A stretch of DNA of 64,000 nt from a virus. Lineage: Duplodnaviria; Caudoviricetes. Location: the IMG/VR virus record IMGVR_UViG_3300022670_001836, positions 1-64,000 of that record; one strand, written 5' to 3'. Position 1 is the first letter of the stretch. Each line of letters starts with the position of its first letter. The position numbers were made by a program, and so were the translations under genes. The notes below the pieces were generated by a model. That model was given only the letters and a program-made list of their open reading frames with translations, was not told the origin of the DNA and searched no databases. Below are positions 37,900-47,796 of the stretch, one piece after another.

Positions 37900-39705
37900 T
37901 CAATGGAAATACTCACAGCCCATGACCACAAAACCACGGCTACTGTTGGCAGATTGCACCTGTCCTGAAAGTGTTATTTGACCGGCGCTGTTCACCGGCC
38001 ATTCAAATGCTCCCGTGGGGTTGTATTGATTACTTGCCGTATCAAACCGAGAACCAATATCTGCTGCTGTTGGATCGCCCGTCGCACCAGGGGGAGCGGC
38101 ATAAAAAAGCCCTTGATTTCCCAGCGAAAAATAAGCGACTTTCACGAATCTCGTATGCGTGGGCGGAACAAGGGCCGAAACCACATAGCTGGCCAGCGTG
38201 CTGGCCACCGTGCCTGTGGTGGTTAAAGAATTTCTGGTGGTGTTGATAACGTAATTGAACTTTCGACCATTGATATGCGATTCAAATACCTCGGCCAAAG
38301 CTGATTTTGTCACAAAATGGAAGATCCATTTATAGAGGTCAAAGCCTGCAGGCAGATTGCCTTCTAAAACAATGTTTTGATTGTCGCCCTGAACATCTGA
38401 AGTGGTGGCGATGAGCGCATCGGGGCCCGCACCTGTGCTGCTACCTATGGCATAAACATGGTACATGGTGTTTGCTGCGAGAGTGCCGGTATCAAGCCCG
38501 TTGACACCGGTTGTTGTGAGATTCAAATTGAGAATACCGCCTGAATCCAAAACCCGCGAGCCGAGGCGTTCGGCCACTTTGTATTCAGCTTGAACGGTTG
38601 TCACGCCCAGCGATCCCCCCGCTTGCGCAATGACGAGAGAGTTAAAGGGAAGCACTTGTAATATAAGACCATTGTTTTCTTCAATAGCAGCTTGAACATC
38701 TGTCGCCACCATGCCTGAAGGCACGGGATCGTAACTAATGCCATCGGCATCAGGCACGGGGATATCACTTTGCAAAACAACTGGATTACCGGCACTTGGC
38801 GTTCCCACCACGTTGTCAAGGGCGGCTTGCATTGCGGCCAAACCGGCCAATAACTGATTGCCCGCCGTGGTGTTGTCAAGTTGCAATTGCTTCGCGTCTG
38901 AACCAAGAATTACATGACGCCCCGCCGAAGGCAAACCGCCAGAAGTGTTATCAATGGCCGATTGCATGCCCCCTGGATCAACCAGATTGAGCCCGCCATT
39001 CGCCAAGATACCAAAGGTAGTTGTGCGGCGATCGTCGCTGACATCAAAAGCATTGATGGCATCTTGACCATCGAATCTTTCGATGGTGGCCAAGGGGAAA
39101 AGAAAATGCTCAACACCACCACCATCGGTGAAGGGCGATGCGGGAACACTGCCGCCTTCAGCCACTTTCACTTCTTGAATCAGACGTAACCTTGTGGTCA
39201 AAGCCACTTTCAAGTTGTCGGGCACCAAAAAGGCGTCATCTGCAAAAGTGATCTCTTTAAGGAAGACCTCAAGATAAACTTTGTCTGTTCGGTTCCCACC
39301 TGAAGGAGTGGTCAGCGCAACCGGCACGGTGCCCAGATCTTCGTTGTATTGAGTGTTGTGTAATAGATAGGTGGTGTCTGCATCGGCGATGGCCATAAAA
39401 CCACCCACAAAAGCGTTTTTCGGTGTGCCTGGGGCGTTATCGCCACCCACTATTTGAAAATCGTTGTTCGCGCCGGTGCCCACTACCGCGAAGGCGTCTT
39501 CCACCGCCCCGTCGCCCATGACGTTTTGCATGAGGCGGCGCTTCCAGGTATCGTTGATCGATTGTTTTTCGTTTTGGTCAACGTTGTAAATTGAACGACC
39601 ATTTTGATGAAGCACCGTGAGATAACGTTTTAACTCTTCGAAATTATCGCCGATATAATCGCCTTCTGAAAAGGCCGCTGGAAATAAGCCGCGTGGTGCC
39701 GTCAT
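37900..39705 (-). CDS. Tail fibre protein (baseplate-attachment N-terminus)
   Basis: LTTPSGGNRTDKVYLEVF; ATDVQAAIEE; NGLDTGTLAANTMYHVY. Confidence 0.8.
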   Translation of the reverse strand: MTAPRGLFPAAFSEGDYIGDNFEELKRYLTVLHQNGRSIYNVDQNEKQSINDTWKRRLMQNVMGDGAVEDAFAVVGTGANNDFQIVGGDNAPGTPKNAFVGGFMAIADADTTYLLHNTQYNEDLGTVPVALTTPSGGNRTDKVYLEVFLKEITFADDAFLVPDNLKVALTTRLRLIQEVKVAEGGSVPASPFTDGGGVEHFLFPLATIERFDGQDAINAFDVSDDRRTTTFGILANGGLNLVDPGGMQSAIDNTSGGLPSAGRHVILGSDAKQLQLDNTTAGNQLLAGLAAMQAALDNVVGTPSAGNPVVLQSDIPVPDADGISYDPVPSGMVATDVQAAIEENNGLILQVLPFNSLVIAQAGGSLGVTTVQAEYKVAERLGSRVLDSGGILNLNLTTTGVNGLDTGTLAANTMYHVYAIGSSTGAGPDALIATTSDVQGDNQNIVLEGNLPAGFDLYKWIFHFVTKSALAEVFESHINGRKFNYVINTTRNSLTTTGTVASTLASYVVSALVPPTHTRFVKVAYFSLGNQGLFYAAPPGATGDPTAADIGSRFDTASNQYNPTGAFEWPVNSAGQITLSGQVQSANSSRGFVVMGCEYFH

Positions 39706-40250
39706 CAGAAAGTCATCCTGGCGATGTATTCATCTAATGGCGCCGAGATAGATCTGTCTCTTAAAGGAATAATGATGTGGTTCATCATCTGGCCGCTGTT
39801 GGCCGTCAGTGAGGCATCACCACCGAAGATACCGAACTCTCTGACCTGGGTGGGGTTCTCACCCGCCGAGAGTCGCCCCATAAATTCAAGCCGGTCGGTC
39901 GGGGTGTTGGTGCACACATCCAAGTTGTCTAAAAATTCAACGGTTTGCAGGGGTTCTCTAAAGGTTTCGTTCACCAGCTGAGTGTTGGTGACGGCTTCGT
40001 TTGATTTACCGTTATCGAGCAAGATATCCCAGGCACTGTCACCAGAGCCCCAAGCCATAAAAAGATTGGGGGTCGCAGTCAAAAAGGGAGGATGGCCTAA
40101 AATAAGACCCGCGATCAAAACGCCGATACTGTCGACAATGATATTGCTGCCTTCGTGGAAAACCAATCTTCTGCCGTCTGGCAAAACTTCCTGGCAAATC
40201 CAATAGGCAGAGAGCTCGCGCTCGTTAAGATATTTTCTTGGTTTGCCCAA
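39705..40250 (-). CDS. Baseplate/tail-collar protein
   Basis: AWGSGD...LVNETFR...REFGIFGG pattern of myophage collar proteins. Confidence 0.75.
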   Translation of the reverse strand: MGKPRKYLNERELSAYWICQEVLPDGRRLVFHEGSNIIVDSIGVLIAGLILGHPPFLTATPNLFMAWGSGDSAWDILLDNGKSNEAVTNTQLVNETFREPLQTVEFLDNLDVCTNTPTDRLEFMGRLSAGENPTQVREFGIFGGDASLTANSGQMMNHIIIPLRDRSISAPLDEYIARMTF

Positions 40251-40345
40251 GCCTCACCCCTCTCACATTAAACCTCGCAAGGTTCCATGTGCATCAGGGG
40301 GTGTGCAACGTGAACATGTTAAAAAATAATAATCAGAGACCCTCA

Positions 40346-41467
40346 TTATGGGTTCTCGTCATGGTCTGTTTGTGCGTGGCGGTAGATGCTACGTGAATTT
40401 TCAAAATCATCCCGCGTTGTTCTGAAATCATCTCGGATCAACCAGAACTGCTTATATACTACTCCTTCTTCGAAGATATTGGTAGCGAGTGTGTCGTCTT
40501 CGATCACTGGCCCATAATCACCCTCATCAACGAGCAACAAAAAACGCAGCCGGTACCTCTTGCCGGCGGCCTTATAACGATCGAGGTGCGCACGTATTTC
40601 TGCGTCAGTAAGAGGGATGCTTCCCCCTTCGGTGATGATCCACACATCAAAGCCGCCAGGCAGAGTCAAAAAATCCTCATCCTTCACGCCGACGGTGCCG
40701 ATCATACGGGCTTGCGCTACGTCGAAATCCCGTGCCCTGCTTTGAGGTTCATTGGTCACACCGAAGGTAATCATGTTGCCACCGTGGTAATCGTTGGTGT
40801 ACATGACCGGATGGGTTCTCACCTTCACGTCGCGATCGGGGTTGCCATCAAACAAAAGAACGTCTACCAAAATTTGTTCTAAAGCAAAATCATTGATCTT
40901 TGGCCTGATGATAGTATTGATGACGCGGCGGCTGTAATCAAAATCACTTTCGTTTGGTAAACGGGCTTCGTTGTAATAATCTCGGGCCCAATGATCGAGG
41001 AAGATGCCTTCGGCGGTCAAAATATTCATTTGCCTCAAACCGGCGGTGAAGTTGTCATCTGAGACCTGAAGCTCTTTAGCAACGGCTCTAAAGAGTGACC
41101 AAATAAAGTTGGTGAAGATAAAAAACTTTTTTTCGTGCGAATCAGACAGCCTGTTTTTATCGCGCTCAATCAAGCTGCAGGCATTGAGATCTTGAACGCT
41201 CGCAAAATCGGGGATGGCATCAACGGTGTAACGTGGGTTGGCCTCAAGAATTGTTTTTAATGAAGCGAAGGTTTCTTGGTTGAGATCGAGGAAAAAATCA
41301 TCGAGGGCCGGATCGGTGGATTGAATTCTTAAAAAACCATTTTCAATCGTGTAGGTGGCCTCGACCCCACTGTAGGTCACCCGAAACACTTCAAAGATGT
41401 TTGAGTCTTTGTTGACTGAGTTGTAGACGTTGTCTAACAGATCTTCAAATTTTGCGGTCATTCCCAT
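40346..41467 (-). CDS. Baseplate wedge protein (gpI-like)
   Basis: TAEGIFLDHW...RLPNESDFDYSRRV; KAAG. Confidence 0.8.
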   Translation of the reverse strand: MGMTAKFEDLLDNVYNSVNKDSNIFEVFRVTYSGVEATYTIENGFLRIQSTDPALDDFFLDLNQETFASLKTILEANPRYTVDAIPDFASVQDLNACSLIERDKNRLSDSHEKKFFIFTNFIWSLFRAVAKELQVSDDNFTAGLRQMNILTAEGIFLDHWARDYYNEARLPNESDFDYSRRVINTIIRPKINDFALEQILVDVLLFDGNPDRDVKVRTHPVMYTNDYHGGNMITFGVTNEPQSRARDFDVAQARMIGTVGVKDEDFLTLPGGFDVWIITEGGSIPLTDAEIRAHLDRYKAAGKRYRLRFLLLVDEGDYGPVIEDDTLATNIFEEGVVYKQFWLIRDDFRTTRDDFENSRSIYRHAQTDHDENP

Positions 41468-42600
41468 TATGGCAAAACCACCTCTGTCAGAGTGATGGTG
41501 CCGAGGATCCCCACCTGGTTGAAGGCAATCACAACGTTGGCCGTGGGGTCATTCATCACCACGTCAAAAACACCGGGCACCCCCTTGATGGCGCAGATGA
41601 TATCGTTGAGCAAAATATCCTGAGCGATTTTACTGTTTTCAAAAACCACTCCGATGGCATCAATGATTGATTGCTCTAATTCACTGAAAGAAAAATTGTC
41701 TTCAAGAATGATATCGGCATCGACATCAATCACAATTTCTTCAGCGGCTTTCACTGAAGCCACATCCCCCGCCGCGCGAAAGCCCGCCACCCGGCCCAAG
41801 GTGGGGTCATCAAACCCGTCAATGATTTTTTGTGCTTCAGCCACCAGTTCAGCCGAGGTGTTGCCTTGACCATTAAAGATAAAAACGTCAAAGTAACCGG
41901 CGGGTGCGGTGTCGTTGACTGAAAAAAGTTCAAACACAAAAGCATCGGTGACACTTTCAATCACAATGCCATTGGCATCAAGAATCACGGCGGTGCGGGC
42001 CGCAAATTCAATACCTTCCACATGCGAACGAGCCAAAGACACAATAAAACGCCTGAAACGGTCACGTCTTTCAAGTGGTGTCTCAAGATCGCGCCCAGAG
42101 CTGAAGGCGGCAGGGTTGGCGATTGAATCAATGCCCGTTAATGGGGCCACAAGTTCTGTCACCGTATTGGGTGTGGTGTTTGACACAGAGCCTTCAACGC
42201 TTGCTTCGACTCGTAGTGACACTGTTGTGGCAGCGATTTCGATTTGACCTTCAGCTAAAGTAACATACTCTTTATTGGTGCCCGGCACTTTAACTAGGGT
42301 GCCCTGAGGAATAACAATTGGAGCCACGGCGGGAATGTTTGTTGTGAATTCAACGATGCCTGAAGCTTTACTTGGTTGCAAGCGACTGAAATCAAAACCT
42401 TTATAGACAGCCGTTTCAATAGCATCCAATAAGCCCTGCCAGGTATTGATATTGAGATCTTCCACCACCAAAGCTACTGCTTCTAAAACGGTACGCAAAA
42501 CCGAACCGACGTTGAAGTCAGTGGCTTTAACAGTAGATGTTGAAACCGATGCAATCAGGGAAGCCGCGATGGCGTCAAAATTACGAATATTAAAAGCCAT
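41467..42600 (-). CDS. Baseplate J-like wedge protein
   Basis: TDFNVGSVLRTVLEA; IPQGTLV; GRDLET...RDRF; VPGVFDV. Confidence 0.92.
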   Translation of the reverse strand: MAFNIRNFDAIAASLIASVSTSTVKATDFNVGSVLRTVLEAVALVVEDLNINTWQGLLDAIETAVYKGFDFSRLQPSKASGIVEFTTNIPAVAPIVIPQGTLVKVPGTNKEYVTLAEGQIEIAATTVSLRVEASVEGSVSNTTPNTVTELVAPLTGIDSIANPAAFSSGRDLETPLERRDRFRRFIVSLARSHVEGIEFAARTAVILDANGIVIESVTDAFVFELFSVNDTAPAGYFDVFIFNGQGNTSAELVAEAQKIIDGFDDPTLGRVAGFRAAGDVASVKAAEEIVIDVDADIILEDNFSFSELEQSIIDAIGVVFENSKIAQDILLNDIICAIKGVPGVFDVVMNDPTANVVIAFNQVGILGTITLTEVVLP

Positions 42601-42615
42601 TGTTTTTTCCCCTGT

Positions 42616-44886
42616 CTACCTGGTAGCCACAAAATTAAAGTTGGTCAATGTCAAATCGTTATTGGCCACGGCATCAAAACGAATGCCGGTTTGATCGTTT
42701 TCAATAATAGCCTGAGCATTTTTGATGGATATGATTCGGGGGTCTCTTGGTATACCTTCTCTCAAATCAACAATGATCTGGCTGGCGTTTTCTGGCGTGC
42801 CCAGCCGGCCCACTCGAAGAGGCAACCCAATGCCATAGTCGCTATGATGTTTGAGTTCTTCAGGGCCTGTGTTGATTCTTATTTCAAGGGCCTGTTTTAT
42901 GTTGTCCCGGCCTGTTTCTGTGAGAACGATATCGCCTATGATGTCATCAAGGGTGATGAAGCCCTCGGCATCCAATTGAAAGTCAAGGCCAAATACACGA
43001 TTGAAATCCGACGTGTCTTCGGTTTCCTTGCTGTTGACAGAGGTGGCCGAAACATTTGAGACGGGCGTCAAAATAAAATCCCCCACCTTCAAGACCTTGG
43101 TATTGGATTCTTCAGGGTTTTCATGAAGCGAAGATTGAGCCAGCGAATTGTAGGTGACAGTGGTGCTGGTTTTCAAAACGATAGTGTTGGTGCTATTGTC
43201 AACGGATTCAATAATATGGGATTCTTCAACTGTGCCGTCAGTGAAATAAATTTCTTGATTGACGGCGGCGCCTTCAACATTGATAAAGACATAAGTATTG
43301 CCCGCACCAGAAGATATGAAGAGATCGGCGAGTTTGGGTGCCAGGGTCTCGATAAAGTCTTCAGAAATATAGGGGTAACGAAGGTTGTTCAAAACCGCCA
43401 GCTCTTCCCATCGTTCAGAATCCCCGAGATGTACGCGAGCGATTGATTGAAGTGTTTCACCTTGAATAATGGTTTTTGATTCAACATCGTCGATGACATC
43501 GATATTGGTGATGTCCAGGCCGGCATCGTTGACAGATTGCTGGTAGTCAACTTCGGTATCGATCACCAAGCCATTGATGGCGTTTTGAAGTTCAGCAAGA
43601 GCATCAATATTCCCAAAACCCTCAAGAACTGGATCGACTGATTCAAGCAGAGACAGCGAATCAAGAGCTGATGACGAAAGTGCCACTGAATCTAAAATCT
43701 CTACTGGCACACCCGCCGACGATAATTCTTCAAAAGTATTTTGACCCTGAACTGGCCGAATCGCAGGTGTGGCGGCACCCAGAATCGTGGCGCAGGCATC
43801 ACCACCTGAAATCAAATTAATGCGTGGTCTCAGGTTGCGGCCATTGGTGAAATCTTGCAACACACATTCAAGATCGCCGAAGGCCTGAACGACGCCATTG
43901 ATGGTTGAAATAAAGTCGGTGGCAATGTTGGAGGGCAAATCGGTGAAATCTTGAAGGGTTCGCGCCACTTTTCTAACAGAAGCCGCCACACGAGAGATAT
44001 TGCCGGTAATGAAACTGGCGGTATCTTGGATCATCGCTATCGAATCTTCCCCGATCGAGGTTAAGTTGTCGACAGTATCAAGGGCGTCTTTGCCGACATC
44101 GAACACAGCGCGAATACCGGCAGGCAAAATACCCTGATTTTCTTCAAGCCCTGAAAGTTTGTCTTTGATTTCAGCGCTACGATCGGCCAAAAGGCTTCTC
44201 AAGCCGCCGGTGGCAAAGAAATTGGCATAAGCATCAAAAGTGACCGAAACTTGACGTTGGGCCCGAACATCAATATCCATCACCCGCATGGTCAAGGTGA
44301 AAGGAAAGAGCAAGGGCCGAGCTTTTGTGCGGTTGATTTTGAGATCTTGTAAATGCACCTGATAGGTCAATTGTGATGGACCATCTGTGTATTCAACGCG
44401 GAGATCCCCGGTGATCAATCGAACTATAGGATACCGTCTGGTTTCCACGCTTTTGCGAGATTCCTCTTGCCCCAATTCAAATTGATAAAGCTCATAGAAT
44501 TCCTGCAGGGATTTATAGGCCTTGAAGCCATCAATATTGCCCCGAACACTCCACCCTGTCGTACCGCCCAAAGTGATCGTGGGCACACCAATACCAAAAT
44601 GATCGATGGTGGCCCCACCCAATGTTTGCACAACGGTTGACCTTGAGGGGAAGTTATAGCCGGTGGTTTCAGGATTGATTAAAAAGGTGTACTCGGCAAG
44701 AATCGCATTGCCTCGGCGCATCATTAAGGTGTAGGGCTTGCCATTACCTTTGTCATCACTTTGAGCAGTGGGTATAACACTCGGGTCACGACGCGGCTGT
44801 TGGTCGCTTCCAAAAAGAAAGTCGGTAATACCAGGACCGGCGTCACGAAATCGGCTGACATCTTGGGCCAAATCTCCTAATGCCAT
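42616..44886 (-). CDS. Fused tail-tube initiator / LysM / gp25-like baseplate protein
   Basis: FLINPE...QTLGG..ID.FG.G...ITLGGTTG; GETLQSIARVHLGDSERWEELAVLNNL (LysM-like); G.DNIKQAL...H.DYG...DPRI (gp25-like). Confidence 0.8.
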   Translation of the reverse strand: MALGDLAQDVSRFRDAGPGITDFLFGSDQQPRRDPSVIPTAQSDDKGNGKPYTLMMRRGNAILAEYTFLINPETTGYNFPSRSTVVQTLGGATIDHFGIGVPTITLGGTTGWSVRGNIDGFKAYKSLQEFYELYQFELGQEESRKSVETRRYPIVRLITGDLRVEYTDGPSQLTYQVHLQDLKINRTKARPLLFPFTLTMRVMDIDVRAQRQVSVTFDAYANFFATGGLRSLLADRSAEIKDKLSGLEENQGILPAGIRAVFDVGKDALDTVDNLTSIGEDSIAMIQDTASFITGNISRVAASVRKVARTLQDFTDLPSNIATDFISTINGVVQAFGDLECVLQDFTNGRNLRPRINLISGGDACATILGAATPAIRPVQGQNTFEELSSAGVPVEILDSVALSSSALDSLSLLESVDPVLEGFGNIDALAELQNAINGLVIDTEVDYQQSVNDAGLDITNIDVIDDVESKTIIQGETLQSIARVHLGDSERWEELAVLNNLRYPYISEDFIETLAPKLADLFISSGAGNTYVFINVEGAAVNQEIYFTDGTVEESHIIESVDNSTNTIVLKTSTTVTYNSLAQSSLHENPEESNTKVLKVGDFILTPVSNVSATSVNSKETEDTSDFNRVFGLDFQLDAEGFITLDDIIGDIVLTETGRDNIKQALEIRINTGPEELKHHSDYGIGLPLRVGRLGTPENASQIIVDLREGIPRDPRIISIKNAQAIIENDQTGIRFDAVANNDLTLTNFNFVATR

Positions 44887-44899
44887 AGGGATCTCCTGT

Positions 44900-46027
44900 T
44901 CATAGACTCACCTTGACCGTGTTTGAAGGTGGCGGAGGCGTCTGGTTTGGAGGCCCCTGGCCCAAAGCTGAATGAGTGTGGGTGGCGGCCCAGGCCTGCC
45001 AGAGCTCGCCTGGTAACACGCCAAAACTCGCACCTATGCCCAATTTCACATCAGCACTGGATAATTCAATTTTGCTTGAGCCGTTGATAATCAGCTTGGC
45101 CAAGTCCATCGTTAGGTCTGTGGCATCGATCTGGCCAGACTGCATTTCCAAAAGCATCGTGGTGGTTTCTAAATTCACGGCGGTGGCCATCAGTTCGATA
45201 ATGTCGGCTTCAATGGTTTTGGTATCGACGACAAATTCAGTTGAATCACCGTCGACGGTTTCTGATTTATTGCCTGAAACGTTGAGCTCATAGTTTTCGG
45301 CCACATTAATCGAAACAGAGCCTGTGGGGCTTATGGTGACCGTGGTCCCGGAGGCATGCTCCAGGTGAATGGTTTTTGCTGGTTCTTGCGTGGCCGGGTC
45401 ATCGGCTTTTGTTTTCCACTTCTGATTGGTGTCTTTGCCCACCAGATCAGTGCGCACTGTGCCTTCCCCCACTCGAAGAAAGGTGCCATCGGGGAAAACA
45501 TGATCGTAATTGCCGTCTTCATCAATCAGGCTATAAATATCGCTGTGATGGCGATCGATTTTGTGCTGTTCAAAAAACATCATTTCTGAGGTTTCGGGAT
45601 AGATAAAACCAATGCAAATAGGGTTCGCCACCTTACCAGATAAAAAGACGATCACGGCGTAGGAATTAAAACCCTTTTCGACCTCCTTAAAACTGGTTGC
45701 AATGCGGGGACGAATGCCAGGGGCTGGCGATTCGCCGTCGTTTTCCAACTTCTTTTCGTTTGAGGTCTCGGGAATGAAAAAGGCATCTTGCGGGTGGTAT
45801 GAAACGTTGACCAAATCAACGAGGCCCGTTTTTGACGAGCCTGAGGGCACCATCACCTGTACGTCGCGTACAACGCCGCCCCCATCTAGAAGCATCACAT
45901 CAATCAAATTTCTTTCAGGGAAGGCATCAATCACTCTGGCCAGGTGATGAGAATGATCGTTCACCAATGAGGGGTCCAGGGGCTGCCCACCGAGTAGTGC
46001 TGCCTGTTGTCGGTGTTTGAGGGTCAT
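44900..46027 (-). CDS. Baseplate central spike (gpV/gp5-like)
   Basis: OB-fold N-terminus; LEHASGT beta-helix; terminal HTH (His-x-His) motif. Confidence 0.82.
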   Translation of the reverse strand: MTLKHRQQAALLGGQPLDPSLVNDHSHHLARVIDAFPERNLIDVMLLDGGGVVRDVQVMVPSGSSKTGLVDLVNVSYHPQDAFFIPETSNEKKLENDGESPAPGIRPRIATSFKEVEKGFNSYAVIVFLSGKVANPICIGFIYPETSEMMFFEQHKIDRHHSDIYSLIDEDGNYDHVFPDGTFLRVGEGTVRTDLVGKDTNQKWKTKADDPATQEPAKTIHLEHASGTTVTISPTGSVSINVAENYELNVSGNKSETVDGDSTEFVVDTKTIEADIIELMATAVNLETTTMLLEMQSGQIDATDLTMDLAKLIINGSSKIELSSADVKLGIGASFGVLPGELWQAWAATHTHSALGQGPPNQTPPPPSNTVKVSL

Positions 46028-47796
46028 TGTGAGCCCGCTTTGAATTGTTTGTTAAAATCAAGGCTTGAGGCTGCGCTATCACTGACGGTGCCCTCTGGCG
46101 GATTATAGGCCCGTTGTTTGTCTTGAGCGACGGCGCTTTTTTCAAGAGAGTTGAGGCTGAGATCAACAATGCTATTACCATTATTGATAGCGGCAGTGCC
46201 ACGAGTCAGTCGTAGAGTAGTCGTGAACCTGTCAAATGCAGTGAATGAATGTGAAACGCCTTCTACATAAAAACTGGCGGGCCGCGCATTTTTAATTTCC
46301 ATCGTGATGTACTGACCAATGCGGATTGTGGGATCGCCCATGATATTAACCGTGCCTTTTTCATAATCGGGGTTATAACGATAAGCATCGACGACAGCGG
46401 TATTGAATTGACGAAGATAAGTTCTGAGTAGAGGCTCGGTAACTTTGAGTTGTTTTTCAGGCCCCTGAGCCCCCCCAGCCGTACCCTTGGCCACATCATC
46501 GGGATTTTTGGCATCAAGCAGAAACGGCGAAAATGTTGATTTGATCTCGATGGGCCTGAAGCCATAAAAATTAGTGTGGGCACGAAGCAGGAAGGGATTG
46601 GAGGTGGCTGTGGTGTCTTGGTACAAACCATTGAGATTGGCGATCTTCCAATTCATGAGTTCATATGGGTACATACTGAAATAGGTGAACACATCCGAAT
46701 CGTCTCTGAAGACCTCTTTTCTGACGATGTCTGTGAGTTTGATATTTGTTTCTTGTTTTAAGGTGTCGGAAGACTCTTCAAAAAAACTGTTTTGATAACC
46801 TTCGTTCAATTCAAAATTGCTACCTGATATTCCAATTTCCTGTTGGATATCGACGGCGCGCGAACCTTCGCCTGGGCGCAAAAAATCAGCAACTGAGATT
46901 CTTCTTCTCAATGTCATCAATTCGATTTCTTTTTCGGCGCCCTGACCGTCGGGTGCTCGCCAGGGTGTGGCTCGAAACACAAAGACGCTTCGATCTTCAA
47001 GTTCTTGAATAAACATCTCGCACCAAGGTGCGTTTTTCGCGTAATCCAAAACGTTTAAAATGCTGCCATGCTGTGTGGTGAGATTGGCCAGAAAAAGTTT
47101 GAGGAGTACGATATCGCTGCCCGTATCTACTGTAAATGAGCCCGCCAGGTGTTCGGCCAAACGTGGTACGTGATAATCTTTCAGAACTTTTTGAATATAA
47201 GGTTGAATAAAGACATTCAAGATTTCGTGCATGAACTGATTGGGAGTGAAGTTGCGCGAGAACATTGAAATGCTATATTGGGCCGAAACAAAATCCCCCA
47301 CCCTGATCGCCACGGCGTTTTCTGCAGCTCCTGCCAAAAATGATTGTCTTTGAGCGGAAGTGGCCAAGACAGCCGAAAGTTCTGGCCTGAAGAAAAGCCT
47401 TTGTTTGACAAAAATCTTGCCGATATCGCTACCGGTTATGGTCGTGCGATCTTCGCCGCTTGTTTCGCCCGCTGTCTCTGTGCTGCCGACACTATCGATA
47501 AAACCACGCATCACGGGTATCAGATCATCATCTACCGTTTTGGCAAAAATCTCGATGTAGGTCATGGGCCTGAAGAATTCTTCAATATTTTTGATACCAC
47601 GAAGTTTGTTGTCTTTGGCCATTTCGTTGGCCACTTGAATACGGTTTCTTAAAGTGAGGGTGAATTTGCCCACAAAACTATTCAGATCTTTTGAGGTGGT
47701 GACCCCGATAACATATTCAGTGACATCTTTAGGGCTCTCCCCCCGTTTGGTGGCCGTTACTCGAAAGCGCGGTGCTCTGGTGCGAACATTAACCAT
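46024..47796 (-). CDS. Baseplate hub (gpD/gp27-like)
   Basis: GFIDSV...ITGSDIGK; GDPTIRIG...FYVEGVSHSF...TTLRLTRG. Confidence 0.85.
   Translation of the reverse strand: MVNVRTRAPRFRVTATKRGESPKDVTEYVIGVTTSKDLNSFVGKFTLTLRNRIQVANEMAKDNKLRGIKNIEEFFRPMTYIEIFAKTVDDDLIPVMRGFIDSVGSTETAGETSGEDRTTITGSDIGKIFVKQRLFFRPELSAVLATSAQRQSFLAGAAENAVAIRVGDFVSAQYSISMFSRNFTPNQFMHEILNVFIQPYIQKVLKDYHVPRLAEHLAGSFTVDTGSDIVLLKLFLANLTTQHGSILNVLDYAKNAPWCEMFIQELEDRSVFVFRATPWRAPDGQGAEKEIELMTLRRRISVADFLRPGEGSRAVDIQQEIGISGSNFELNEGYQNSFFEESSDTLKQETNIKLTDIVRKEVFRDDSDVFTYFSMYPYELMNWKIANLNGLYQDTTATSNPFLLRAHTNFYGFRPIEIKSTFSPFLLDAKNPDDVAKGTAGGAQGPEKQLKVTEPLLRTYLRQFNTAVVDAYRYNPDYEKGTVNIMGDPTIRIGQYITMEIKNARPASFYVEGVSHSFTAFDRFTTTLRLTRGTAAINNGNSIVDLSLNSLEKSAVAQDKQRAYNPPEGTVSDSAASSLDFNKQFKAGSQ

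Noticed and set aside
28013-39705. Diversity-generating retroelement or invertible fibre shufflon
   Set aside because: No reverse transcriptase or invertase; repeat differences are not adenine-specific; all genes are co-oriented.
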